A DNA stretch of 53,159 bases. It comes from a virus (lineage: Duplodnaviria; Caudoviricetes). The notes beneath the pieces were generated by a model. The model was given only the letters and a program-made list of their open reading frames with translations, was not told the origin of the DNA and searched no databases. Positions 36,355 to 45,906 of this stretch are shown here, piece by piece. Positions within the stretch are counted from its first letter, which is position 1, and each line of letters starts with the position of its first letter. The stretch covers positions 1 through 53,159 of IMG/VR virus record IMGVR_UViG_3300024344_000019; one strand, written 5' to 3'. The position numbers were made by a program, and so were the translations under genes.

Positions 36355-38784
36355 TTAAGCGACTTGCGAGATAAATTTATTTAAGACTACTCTACTATCT
36401 TTATTTTCTTTTAAAGTAGAAGTGAATAATCTTTTTATCTCACTCTTTTTGGCGTTTTCAGATGGTGTCGCCATTTGACCATCTGATACTTGCATATTAC
36501 CTCCAGCAAGGAGATAAAATTCATCATAAGCAGAATTATGTTTAACAACTAAACATTTGTTTTTTCTAAATTCTGCCATTACTTTTTTTCTATCAAATAC
36601 TTTTTCTGATTTATCATAAGAATACTGTGGAAAAAATCTATCCATTGTCCATCTATCAATCTTTTTACCACTTGCAACATAGAAACCTAATACTTTAGTG
36701 CCAGTTCTATTTCTCAAAGCGTCTAGTAAATGGTCTGTCATTTCTCTACGACCTGAATTAGTATATTCTTTTTTAGTTACGGTATCTCTTAATACGACAT
36801 TAGAACCATAGTCGGTACTACCAATATAAAATCCGTCTCTTTTATTTAAATAATTATGTTCTTTTTCATGTTCACTAGGATTAATAAAAACTTTTCTATC
36901 ATTACCATCACTTGCACCATCAGTTAAAAAAATTGTATTCATTTTATCAATAGCATATCTTTTTCTGAAAGCAGTAACCATTGGCATCGCAGCCATAATA
37001 GTATCGTTTAATGGAGTAGAACACAAACCATAACCAGATGGTTCATATGGTAAGTTTGAAACATAATCTTGTTGTTTTTGATAATCAGCAAATTGTTCAG
37101 GATCTAAATTATAGACTCTTCTACCATAACGATAATATGTATTATCATTTTTTTCAGCAAGTAAGAATAAGTTAATCATGCCTTTTTCATATTCTTTAGC
37201 ATTCATTCTAGAGGATATAAAGTTTAATAAAGACAATCTCTCATCAACTGTAATATCGCCGTCTTGATATCTAGGCGATTTTCTACCTTCAGGTGTCTCA
37301 TTTTCATTATCCCAATATCTATGTCTACCTGCCCTATCGTCATTACTAAAAGCATATACTTCAAAAGGTATATTTACTTTTTGACAAAACATTGTTAAAT
37401 TCATCAACTGGTGAATAGTAGGAGTAATCTTGTCATGCATACTACCTGACCAGTCTATAAACATCATCATACCGTGGTTCTTACCATCAGGTGTGATTGC
37501 CATTCTTTTAAAGATATCATCATTATATTTGTAACTATGTAATTTAAGTGGGTCAATAACACCAGACTTATCTTGTTTAGTTCTAGAATAAGCGGCAGCA
37601 GCCTTTTTCATTTCATATTCTTTAACCATATAACTAACTTTTTTAGATTGGTCTTTAGTAAATTTTCTGTATTTAGAAATCAATGTACTAATAGCTTCTT
37701 GACGACTACTATCCAATGTTTCTTTATTGTAAGGTTTTCTAAATACTCTATCAAAATCTGATAATACAGTTTTATAGTCAACAATATAATCATTCACATT
37801 TTTGTAATTATGAATATTAATGTATTCATTGTTTTTAGATTCTGGATCTAATAAATTTTCTTTTTTATCTTCCCAAGATTGGTCCGTCTCAGCAGATACT
37901 TCTTCTATTTCTTCTTCAACAGGTTTAGCAGGTTTTGATTCTTCGCCTTTTAATTTTGTTTCTGATTGTTGACCACTTGAAGGTTTATCAGAAACGTCTG
38001 TATCTGATTTTTGTTCTTCAGCGTCTTTGGTTTTTTCTTCGCCTTTATCATCAGAATTTTTAGAACCACTTTTTTCTTCTTCATCTTTTTCATCTGATGG
38101 ATCAGAAATCATATCGCCGTCTTGGTCTAAATCATTTTCATCAAGGTCATCAAAATCATGGTCATCAAAACCATAAGTTTCCATTTCTTCTTCTTTTTCT
38201 TCTTGTTCTTTTTTACAATACTTTGCCAACTCATCAGCAAGGTCAACAACTTGTTTAAAGGTTTCTAATTTTTCAATTCTCTTAACAACATCATTCTCAT
38301 AACTATCGGTAAAAGATAAAGGTGATTCTACATGAGACGATTTAAAATGAATATTTAATCTATCAATAAGAAGCATATCATCAAGGTTTTTATCTTTAGT
38401 ACCAAAGAAGTTGTTATTGATAAGGTCTCTATAACCTCTAATAAATGATTGTGATAAACCAGGATATTTTCTTTTGATTAGTTTTTCAATACGAGCATCC
38501 TCAAGAACATTTAAAAATGACTTAGGTATTTTTCTCTTTACAATTGAATCTTCCCAACCAGAGTGTGGGGTAAATAATGCATGGCCAACTTCATGTGCAA
38601 TAAGTAAATCTGTAATATCCTCATTCATGTCTTTCCATATAGGTAAAACAAGTAATCTAGATTTTACATCAAAATAAGCAGTCTTAACTTTTTTGTGTTC
38701 TACTGATATATTTTCAGTAGCAAGTAATTTTGCAAGATACGATTTGGCGTTGTTATTGATTTTGTTTGTTTTCAAGTTTTTCAT
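36355..38784 (-). CDS. CobT-like protein: HExxH metallopeptidase-like domain, acidic linker, VWA domain
   Basis: AHEVGHALFT, NVLEDARIE, MIDAS DWSGSM, STPL, FLTDG. Confidence 0.85.
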   Translation of the reverse strand: MKNLKTNKINNNAKSYLAKLLATENISVEHKKVKTAYFDVKSRLLVLPIWKDMNEDITDLLIAHEVGHALFTPHSGWEDSIVKRKIPKSFLNVLEDARIEKLIKRKYPGLSQSFIRGYRDLINNNFFGTKDKNLDDMLLIDRLNIHFKSSHVESPLSFTDSYENDVVKRIEKLETFKQVVDLADELAKYCKKEQEEKEEEMETYGFDDHDFDDLDENDLDQDGDMISDPSDEKDEEEKSGSKNSDDKGEEKTKDAEEQKSDTDVSDKPSSGQQSETKLKGEESKPAKPVEEEIEEVSAETDQSWEDKKENLLDPESKNNEYINIHNYKNVNDYIVDYKTVLSDFDRVFRKPYNKETLDSSRQEAISTLISKYRKFTKDQSKKVSYMVKEYEMKKAAAAYSRTKQDKSGVIDPLKLHSYKYNDDIFKRMAITPDGKNHGMMMFIDWSGSMHDKITPTIHQLMNLTMFCQKVNIPFEVYAFSNDDRAGRHRYWDNENETPEGRKSPRYQDGDITVDERLSLLNFISSRMNAKEYEKGMINLFLLAEKNDNTYYRYGRRVYNLDPEQFADYQKQQDYVSNLPYEPSGYGLCSTPLNDTIMAAMPMVTAFRKRYAIDKMNTIFLTDGASDGNDRKVFINPSEHEKEHNYLNKRDGFYIGSTDYGSNVVLRDTVTKKEYTNSGRREMTDHLLDALRNRTGTKVLGFYVASGKKIDRWTMDRFFPQYSYDKSEKVFDRKKVMAEFRKNKCLVVKHNSAYDEFYLLAGGNMQVSDGQMATPSENAKKSEIKRLFTSTLKENKDSRVVLNKFISQVA

Positions 38785-38791
38785 AATATAG

Positions 38792-38995
38792 TGTTATGCT
38801 ACTACAAATTGGCAAATATGTCAAGCATATTATCCACTTTTATGTGGAATAAATAAACTATTGATATTATTGATTTTTTTAACATACTGCTATGCTACAC
38901 TATATTGGCATATAAGTCAAGCACATTATCCACTTTTTTAACCCTTATTTTTCAAGGGTTTAAAGTGCGACAAGTTGTCAGTTCTTGTTTTGTTC
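38792..38995 (-). promoter_or_regulatory. Tandem early promoters (repeat copies 2 and 3) with upstream operator-like motifs
   Basis: AAAAGTGGATAAT(A/G)TGCTTGAC(A/T)-17-TAGCAT twice (38796-38841, 38892-38936); AACCCTT-N7-AAGGGTT; GTTC-N7-GTTC at 38981-38995. Confidence 0.75.
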
Positions 38996-40074
38996 TACTT
39001 TTTAAAGATAAAAGTTGGTTCGAATTTACGACCTGATATGTCGGGTCTCACGAATCGACCCATATATTGTTGTTTTTGTTTAGTTTCAGTAGTATCGCCA
39101 TCTAGTGTAGATACGGCAGAACCCCCTTGTTGAGTCGATAATGATAACCACCACGTATCTGTATGTTCAAACCCTACTGATTCGGCAAGTTCAACTGTAT
39201 CTTCCTCAAAGGTTTTGTACTGTTTAGTATTCGCAACATTAAGAGCAAGGTATTTACCCCCTTTAAGCCCCTTGTATGCGTTGGCAATCGTCTGTTTTAG
39301 AAACTTCTCTTTCCATATTTCAGATGTATCAAACTTAATACTTGATTGTTCTGGTTCATCACCATATGCTTCCCAACCAAAATACGGTGGACTTGTAAAT
39401 ACAAAATCTAGACTTTCATCTTCTGGTATAAATGTCTCACTACCTTGTCTATAAAGATGATAGTTATTATGTGTATTACCATATTGTGTACATATTTGAG
39501 ATAATCCTTTATAAGTAGGAATACAAGGGTCAGTACCAATATAGTTTATGCCAGCTGCGATTGCACCAAGTAATCGACCACCATACCCCATAGATGGATC
39601 CCATACTGTGCCTGCTTTTGTTCCTTCAAGTGGACTATCTTTATCTACAAATACATCATATAGAGCTGCGGCTGCTGTAGGTCTAAAATTAGATACCATT
39701 TGAGTGCCACTATATCTTCTTAACATAGACCTCATATCTGATTCTGTAATCATATGAGCAGGTTTCTTCATAAAGAAAGTGCCTGATAGTATCTTGTTTA
39801 ATCCTTTTTTAAGATGTTCTTCATCATCCCATATCTCCATAGGCGTTTTCATTTTACCACACTTAATACCCCATGCGTGTTCCATATAAGACCATGCAAG
39901 ATTTAGGCCGTGTGCTGATTGACCTATGATTTTATTTTTTCTATCAATAAGTGTGTCTCGTCTAAAGTTTACTAACTGATTAAATATCTCATCACGCCAT
40001 TTTTGATTTGTAGGGTAATATGGAAAACCTTTATCTTTCCACTCATCATGTATTTGTTGTAAATTATCTGTCAT
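38995..40074 (-). CDS. Amino (N4-C/N6-A) DNA methyltransferase
   Basis: SNFRPTAA, WDPSMGYGGRLLG, GTDP, FTSPPYF; start revised to MTDNLQQ. Confidence 0.87.
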   Translation of the reverse strand: MTDNLQQIHDEWKDKGFPYYPTNQKWRDEIFNQLVNFRRDTLIDRKNKIIGQSAHGLNLAWSYMEHAWGIKCGKMKTPMEIWDDEEHLKKGLNKILSGTFFMKKPAHMITESDMRSMLRRYSGTQMVSNFRPTAAAALYDVFVDKDSPLEGTKAGTVWDPSMGYGGRLLGAIAAGINYIGTDPCIPTYKGLSQICTQYGNTHNNYHLYRQGSETFIPEDESLDFVFTSPPYFGWEAYGDEPEQSSIKFDTSEIWKEKFLKQTIANAYKGLKGGKYLALNVANTKQYKTFEEDTVELAESVGFEHTDTWWLSLSTQQGGSAVSTLDGDTTETKQKQQYMGRFVRPDISGRKFEPTFIFKK

Positions 40075-40489
40075 ATAAGTAAACATCTCCTGGTAGTGTG
40101 CCTTTTGCCCATGTGGTAGAACCAACTAGTTTCATATCATTTTTAACATAGAATTTTTTTGCTATTTCGTTATCACTACGAACACTTAAATAAACTCGTC
40201 TTGGTTTTACAAACTCAAAAAACTTTTGTAGTGCCTGACTTGCTGAACCATTTTGATGTTTAGCAGCGATTTGATGTAAAATACAATCACCTTGTTGAGC
40301 AATTATATCACCTATTCTTTGTTTTCTTTTATAAAAATTATATGTAATAACAACATCATTATCATATACAAGATTATTCTTCGCAATCATACGTTTCATA
40401 TAATCAGTTCTTATATGTGGAAACCATTTCTTATGTTGATAAAAGATTTCTTTTACCGCTTCAAAGTCTGTTTCTTTGGCATGATTCAT
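40064..40489 (-). CDS. GNAT-family acetyltransferase
   Basis: LHQIAAK..NGSAS, LSVRSDNEIAKKFYVKNDM; TTTACT-17-TATAAT promoter at 40496-40524. Confidence 0.78.
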   Translation of the reverse strand: MNHAKETDFEAVKEIFYQHKKWFPHIRTDYMKRMIAKNNLVYDNDVVITYNFYKRKQRIGDIIAQQGDCILHQIAAKHQNGSASQALQKFFEFVKPRRVYLSVRSDNEIAKKFYVKNDMKLVGSTTWAKGTLPGDVYLYDR

Positions 40490-40511
40490 AGATGTATTAT
40501 ATCATAGTTAA

Positions 40512-41129
40512 TTAAGAAAGTAAAGCCCTCATTTTTTCATTAGAGTAGCAATCAGCAACTAGGTGTATTCTATCAATATTGCTAGTATTTCTTACGGCGT
40601 GTGCTTTTGTAACATCGGTATAATAGTAGTGTCCAGTTTTTAAATTGTATTCTGTGCCATCTTTATCTTTTGTACTTTCATATAAAGTAAATACCACATT
40701 ATCATTCGTTCTAATTGGCATATGGATTCGAATAATATCGCCATCATCAAATCCAATATCTTTGTCTATCTTGTCTGTATGTTTACCAATAACTTTACCT
40801 GCTTCTAATCTCATAAATCTAACCCTCTCAAACTCACATGGTAAATTATCAAGCATATCTAAAATAGGTGTCATGATACTACTTTCTTTTAAAGATGTCC
40901 ATTGTAGTTTTTCTTCAGTTTTTACTGAACTCTTTAGTACACCAGGTTTTAATATATCTAAAGGGTCTGGTCCATATCCATGTAGTGATATAGCATCCCA
41001 TCCTGTTTTGACATATTTTGTTTTTACTTTTTTAAAATTCATATTATCAAGATTTGCGGCCACACTATTAAGTATTGAAGTGTCTTTATATGCCTCTAGT
41101 GATAATTCTTTCATTATAGGTCTAGTCAT
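40512..41129 (-). CDS. Aspartyl/asparaginyl beta-hydroxylase-like 2OG-Fe(II) oxygenase
   Basis: RVRFMRL..G..IGKHTD, RIHMPIRTN, HAVRN...RIHLVAD. Confidence 0.82.
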   Translation of the reverse strand: MTRPIMKELSLEAYKDTSILNSVAANLDNMNFKKVKTKYVKTGWDAISLHGYGPDPLDILKPGVLKSSVKTEEKLQWTSLKESSIMTPILDMLDNLPCEFERVRFMRLEAGKVIGKHTDKIDKDIGFDDGDIIRIHMPIRTNDNVVFTLYESTKDKDGTEYNLKTGHYYYTDVTKAHAVRNTSNIDRIHLVADCYSNEKMRALLS

Positions 41130-41130
41130 T

Positions 41131-41370
41131 TTATTCCTTTCCGTTTATTCGCCAAGTATCATCTTTTGGTACCCAATTATTTGGTGCTTCTTGATACTCA
41201 CCTTCCTTTACCCTACTCCACATTTCATCAAAAGATGATTGTAAAGATAGACCTGTTCTGGTTTCTATTTCTTCAATAGCGTTTCTTAACAATTCTCTAT
41301 TGTATTCTTTCTTTCTTTGAAAGTCGTAATATTCTTTTAACTTTTCATATTCTACTGGATCAATTGCCAT
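41131..41370 (-). CDS. Small hypothetical protein
   Basis: Start revised to MAIDP (TAATG overlap). Confidence 0.6.
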   Translation of the reverse strand: MAIDPVEYEKLKEYYDFQRKKEYNRELLRNAIEEIETRTGLSLQSSFDEMWSRVKEGEYQEAPNNWVPKDDTWRINGKE

Positions 41371-41867
41371 TAGTGTACCGACCATTGATACTCAAAATTT
41401 TGTGTTGTAGAATTTATACTAATTAATTTAGCACCATTTTTCATGTGAAAGTGCGTGGCCATAGGTGTTAGTGGTGATAAAGTTATTAGTCTTTTTATGT
41501 ATGGTTTTTCTTTTACAAACTCTAATAACTTAGTTATTATTTCTCTACCTGCACCTCGTTTTCGTGACCATACTGTATATGCTACAGCAATTTTACCACA
41601 TTGATTATCTTGACAAGCAACTTGGCTCATATAATCTAATTCTTTAACAGTAGTAGGAACTTCGTTAGTATATGCAACACAAACAATTGCTTCAATGTTA
41701 TTTTCATAACTAAGACCATATATTTTTCTTTCAGCAAATAAGCGCCAATTTAAATCTAATTCTGGTCTTACTGGATCCTCTGATACATCTATGTTAGTTA
41801 ATTCAACTAGCTCTGTACCTTTAACCCACTTAAAAAAGTTATCAATTTTATTCTGAAATATTTTCAT
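41370..41867 (-). CDS. GNAT-fold-like hypothetical protein (resembles malonyl-CoA decarboxylase C-terminal region)
   Basis: EDPVRPEL, AVAYTVWSRKRGAGREII, LITLSP, HFHMKNGA. Confidence 0.55.
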   Translation of the reverse strand: MKIFQNKIDNFFKWVKGTELVELTNIDVSEDPVRPELDLNWRLFAERKIYGLSYENNIEAIVCVAYTNEVPTTVKELDYMSQVACQDNQCGKIAVAYTVWSRKRGAGREIITKLLEFVKEKPYIKRLITLSPLTPMATHFHMKNGAKLISINSTTQNFEYQWSVH

Positions 41868-42615
41868 CTTTTGTTGCCACTTCATGTCTTAATCTTTGTT
41901 GTTGTGCTCTAATGGTTTGTTTAATTAATTTAGATTGTGCTTTTTTACCTCTTTCTAATTTCATTTTACTTACTAGGTCGGTAAACACATATCCATTCAT
42001 ATGTTCGTTTTCATGTTGAAATATCCTTGCTGACATACCATGTAGATATTCGTCAATCGTTTCACCGTTCTCATCTGTATATTTTACATTTACCCATTTA
42101 GGTCTTTTGATTGATAAGAATAAGAAAGGATAGGATAAACAACCTTCTTTCATTAATACTGTTTCAGGACTTACATCATTAATTAATGGATTAAAACAGT
42201 TTCTTACTTTACCATCTTCTATCTGTGGGTGCCCACCCATAACAAACATACGAAATGGTAAACCAACTTGATTACAAGATAATCCTATACCACCATATTT
42301 AACCATACTGTTATACATTTTTTTAGATAAATCTTTTCTATCTTCTATTTTAAACTCTTTTAACATATCATCTGTATATGGTGCTATTCTCATTAATAAT
42401 CTAGGGTCAGTAGGTGGTATTAGTGGATATGTATTAGGGTCTTTCTTTTTTAGGTATTCATGCATATCGTTAATAGGTTGTGCTTGACTATCTAAAATAG
42501 GTTGTTCTTTTAAAAGACCTTGGTCTTTTTCTATAATAGGCGTTTTACCACTCGTAATATTTTCGTAGTGTCTTGCCGCTTCTTCTATTTTTTCTGGTGT
42601 TAGTTTATCTGCCAT
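41848..42615 (-). CDS. def: Peptide deformylase
   Basis: GGIGLSCNQVG, EGCLS, FQHENEHMNG. Confidence 0.92.
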   Translation of the reverse strand: MADKLTPEKIEEAARHYENITSGKTPIIEKDQGLLKEQPILDSQAQPINDMHEYLKKKDPNTYPLIPPTDPRLLMRIAPYTDDMLKEFKIEDRKDLSKKMYNSMVKYGGIGLSCNQVGLPFRMFVMGGHPQIEDGKVRNCFNPLINDVSPETVLMKEGCLSYPFLFLSIKRPKWVNVKYTDENGETIDEYLHGMSARIFQHENEHMNGYVFTDLVSKMKLERGKKAQSKLIKQTIRAQQQRLRHEVATKDENISE

Positions 42616-43195
42616 TTTTAAGTTTTCCTTTAATTGTTGCTATAGTTTCAGGAACACCAAGATGATGAAACCAACCTGTGATAATATATTTATCGTGTTG
42701 TGAAACAATCCCTCTATGAGTGTGTGTGAAATCAGTAGGCCATAATAAACTTAGACCTCTTTTTGCTTTTATTTTGACTTCTGGATAATATACAAACTCT
42801 GTTCCACCACCATCAGGAACATCATTTAAATATGTCATAAAAACTAATGCTCTTTGGTGTGATTGATGTTGGTCTCTCTCATTGTGCCATCGTTTAAATC
42901 CTTGTCCAGGTCCATAGTGTTGTATGTTAAAGCCCTCAGAAATAGTTAGTTCAGGATTAAAATATTCATACTTATTAGAATATGCTTTTAATCCGTTTAT
43001 AAGATAATTGGTATAACTTTTGATAAATTTATTATTAGATACAAATTGAATATTAACATCTGTGGATTGTTTAGTATCTTTATCATGTGTTGCTTCGCTG
43101 TTGTATTTGTATTCTGTATTATTTTTGTGATAATCAATAAGACCATCAAATAACTCATCATTGTCTATCTGAAAAGGTAATATAAAGTTTTCCAT
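42605..43195 (-). CDS. 2OG-Fe(II) oxygenase
   Basis: WHNE, VFMTYLNDVPDGGGTEF, WPTDFTHTHRG, KYIITGW. Confidence 0.88.
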   Translation of the reverse strand: MENFILPFQIDNDELFDGLIDYHKNNTEYKYNSEATHDKDTKQSTDVNIQFVSNNKFIKSYTNYLINGLKAYSNKYEYFNPELTISEGFNIQHYGPGQGFKRWHNERDQHQSHQRALVFMTYLNDVPDGGGTEFVYYPEVKIKAKRGLSLLWPTDFTHTHRGIVSQHDKYIITGWFHHLGVPETIATIKGKLKNGR

Positions 43196-44910
43196 TATTC
43201 TGCCATCCTTGTAAAGTTTTTATATTTCTCAAACTTCATTACTCTAGGAAACTTATCTATAAGAGTATCTCCTTTATGAGATATAACAAATATGTTTTCT
43301 TTTGCCATAGTGTTATGTAATATTCTCATAAACTCATCTGTGCCTGAGCTGTCTAGTGAACTATCAAATATTTCATCTAGTATAAGTAGATTTGTATTTG
43401 TACTATTTTTAAGTTTAGCAATTTCTCTCCATGTAAACAGTATTGCTAAATCTATTCTTAATTTTTCACCCTCACTAAATGAGTGATAATTAAACTCGTC
43501 TCTATGTCTTGACTTTATTGTCTCATTAAATTCTTCATCTAAACTAAAATTAACAAAGAAGTCCATATTTGCTAAATTTTTATTAATTAGTTGGTTCATA
43601 ATTGGCAAGTATTGTTTTATAATTTTTGTTTTAATACCTGTGTCTTGCATAAGGTGTCTAGCCGTATCTATGTAAAGCATTTCATTTTTTTGGTTCAACT
43701 TATCTTTTTCTAAATCTGCTATTCTTTCTCTTAACTGATTTAACTCGCCAGTCTGCTCTGCTGTAGATACCTTTTCATCTTGTAAATCTGCTATCTCTTG
43801 ACCTAATCTAACTGTTTGTTTTTTTATCTCCTCAATAGAAGTTTCGTAACGATTAATTAATAATTCTTTTTCTCTAATTGTTACCATTGTTTTATTAATG
43901 GTATCTAGTTTCATTTCACTAGTCTTAATTTCTTTGTCTATTTGACCAAGTGCAATCTCTAACTCTTGTATCTTCTCTGCCTTTTTACTCATCATTGTAG
44001 ATTTGTATGCCTCGTCAATCGCTTGTTGGCAGACAGGACAGTCGTTATGTGTCTGAAAGAAACCTAAATCTTTTTTGTGTTTGTTGCAAGTGTTCTCTAA
44101 CTTTGCTTCCATATTATGAAGTTTTTTGTGTTTATCATTTACCTTAGCTTCATCTATTACTAGTTTTTGTAAAACAGCAATATCAACTCTAACTTTTTTA
44201 ATATCTTCTTCATAGTTTGTTATGTCGGTTATAGATTTATTTAATTCTGCCTTTTTAGAATCTGCTAAATCTTTACTGCGATTGCTAATATCGTCAATAT
44301 ACTTTTTCTTATCATCAATCTTATTATCAACTAATTGGTAACTAAAATCTGTTTGTTTAATTAATTCATCTTGATTCTTTTGTTTTTCTCTAAACAATAA
44401 ATTCATTTTAGAAAAGATTTCAATGTCTAGTATTTCTTCTACAACTTGTCGTCTATGTCTTGCTCTTAATTGCATAAATGGCACAAACGAAGCATTACCT
44501 AATATTACAACCTGTGTAAATGACCGATAGTTTAATTTAAGTATTTGTTGTTCTAGGTGTTTTTGATAATCTCTTTGGGCGGCGTCTTGATTTAACATAT
44601 CGCCATCGCACCATATCTCAAACTTGTTTGGCTTAATACCTCTTATAATCTTATAATTTTTTTGACCTACTATAAACTCAACTTCAACAATACATTCTTT
44701 TTCGTTGATAGAATTAATTAACTGGTCTTTTTTAATATTACGAAATGGTCTTTGAAACAACCCAAAACACAATGCGTCTAACATTGTAGATTTACCTGCA
44801 CCGTTTTCACCAACAACTAATGTGGTGTTTGCTTTGTCTAAGTCTATTTCTATAAATTGTTGTCCTGTACTTAAAAAGTTTTTATATCTTACTTTTTGAA
44901 ATAATATCAT
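43195..44910 (-). CDS. 46: Recombination endonuclease ATPase subunit (gp46, SbcC/Rad50-like)
   Basis: GENGAGKST, CPVC hook, FSEGEK, LILDEIFDSSLD, VISH. Confidence 0.96.
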   Translation of the reverse strand: MILFQKVRYKNFLSTGQQFIEIDLDKANTTLVVGENGAGKSTMLDALCFGLFQRPFRNIKKDQLINSINEKECIVEVEFIVGQKNYKIIRGIKPNKFEIWCDGDMLNQDAAQRDYQKHLEQQILKLNYRSFTQVVILGNASFVPFMQLRARHRRQVVEEILDIEIFSKMNLLFREKQKNQDELIKQTDFSYQLVDNKIDDKKKYIDDISNRSKDLADSKKAELNKSITDITNYEEDIKKVRVDIAVLQKLVIDEAKVNDKHKKLHNMEAKLENTCNKHKKDLGFFQTHNDCPVCQQAIDEAYKSTMMSKKAEKIQELEIALGQIDKEIKTSEMKLDTINKTMVTIREKELLINRYETSIEEIKKQTVRLGQEIADLQDEKVSTAEQTGELNQLRERIADLEKDKLNQKNEMLYIDTARHLMQDTGIKTKIIKQYLPIMNQLINKNLANMDFFVNFSLDEEFNETIKSRHRDEFNYHSFSEGEKLRIDLAILFTWREIAKLKNSTNTNLLILDEIFDSSLDSSGTDEFMRILHNTMAKENIFVISHKGDTLIDKFPRVMKFEKYKNFTRMAE

Positions 44911-45373
44911 TCACATACCCTTCTAGTTTATCATAATCATAAAAAATTGAAACCTTTTTATGTCTAAATTTTTGTTCGGCTATATATTCTTTTATACCTG
45001 GTCGCCATCCTTCACCAAGTATTGCTAGTATAACTTCATACTCTGGAAACTTGTGTCTAACATTCTCTAACAGATATGGTATTTTTTCATCTGTGGATCC
45101 TGCCTTTTCTTGTGATTTAAATTCTATTCTAATTCTTCTATTGTTTAGTATTAACACAAATTCTGTTTTACACATACTACCTGGATAGATACTTTCATAA
45201 GGAAAATCTTTGACTAGTATTTTATTATCTTCATCAAAAGAACCTGTACCGCTTTTTGACCATCTACTATGATAGATACTGCCTATATCTTTTGAATTAC
45301 AAAACAATTCAAATTTTTTCTCATAAGACATACCATCTACTTTGGCCTTTCTTAAACTAGGATTAGATATCAT
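44882..45373 (-). CDS. PD-(D/E)XK-family nuclease-like protein
   Basis: GMSYE ... KTEFVL ... IEFKSQEKAGSTDEKIPY; coupled to a methylase. Confidence 0.65.
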   Translation of the reverse strand: MISNPSLRKAKVDGMSYEKKFELFCNSKDIGSIYHSRWSKSGTGSFDEDNKILVKDFPYESIYPGSMCKTEFVLILNNRRIRIEFKSQEKAGSTDEKIPYLLENVRHKFPEYEVILAILGEGWRPGIKEYIAEQKFRHKKVSIFYDYDKLEGYVNDIISKSKI

Positions 45374-45906
45374 ATTTCATTTCCCCAAGCATCCCATCCA
45401 TCAAATTTTTGTCTAGCAAATAATTCTATTCTAGGTAGGTCGCCACATAACTCAACTATGTCGTGTCTAATTCTATCTGGTTTTCTACTATGTTCTCTGC
45501 GTTGGTCTATAACTAATTGTGCCACAGACTTACTAATTCTTTTTGGTTTACCTTTTGTTGCAAGTAAACACATTTCTGGATTACTTCTAGTCCAGTATCC
45601 TAAACCTGTAAACATTCCCATATTACTCTTGTTTGATTTTGCCCATGTAAATGCAACTGTTTTATATACAAAGTTCCAAGACTTTATTACTTTAAATGCT
45701 TTTTCTAGTAAAGGGTCTGTAACCCACATAAACAAAATACTATTGTCTTTGGATATATCTTTCACAGGTAAATTACAAATATCTTTTATTGTCATACAAT
45801 CATAATGTTGTGTTGCATTTCTACCATCACCTTTCTTAGAATATGATTTAAAGTTCCAAGGCGGGTCGGCATATATTATATCATATTTTTTATTCGGTAG
45901 CAACAT
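45370..45906 (-). CDS. MT-A70 family adenine methyltransferase
   Basis: IIYADPPW, LFMWVT, GYWTRSNPE, REHSRKPD, IELFAR, GWDAWGNE. Confidence 0.92.
   Translation of the reverse strand: MLLPNKKYDIIYADPPWNFKSYSKKGDGRNATQHYDCMTIKDICNLPVKDISKDNSILFMWVTDPLLEKAFKVIKSWNFVYKTVAFTWAKSNKSNMGMFTGLGYWTRSNPEMCLLATKGKPKRISKSVAQLVIDQRREHSRKPDRIRHDIVELCGDLPRIELFARQKFDGWDAWGNEI

Noticed and set aside
38802-38885. 27 aa leaderless mini-ORF (MLKKSIISIVYLFHIKVDNMLDIFANL) between the tandem promoters
   Set aside because: Runs through the second promoter's own motifs; no independent support
38830-38934. TTATCCACT twice as DnaA boxes or a replication origin
   Set aside because: Only an 8/9 match and part of the duplicated promoter unit, so not independent evidence
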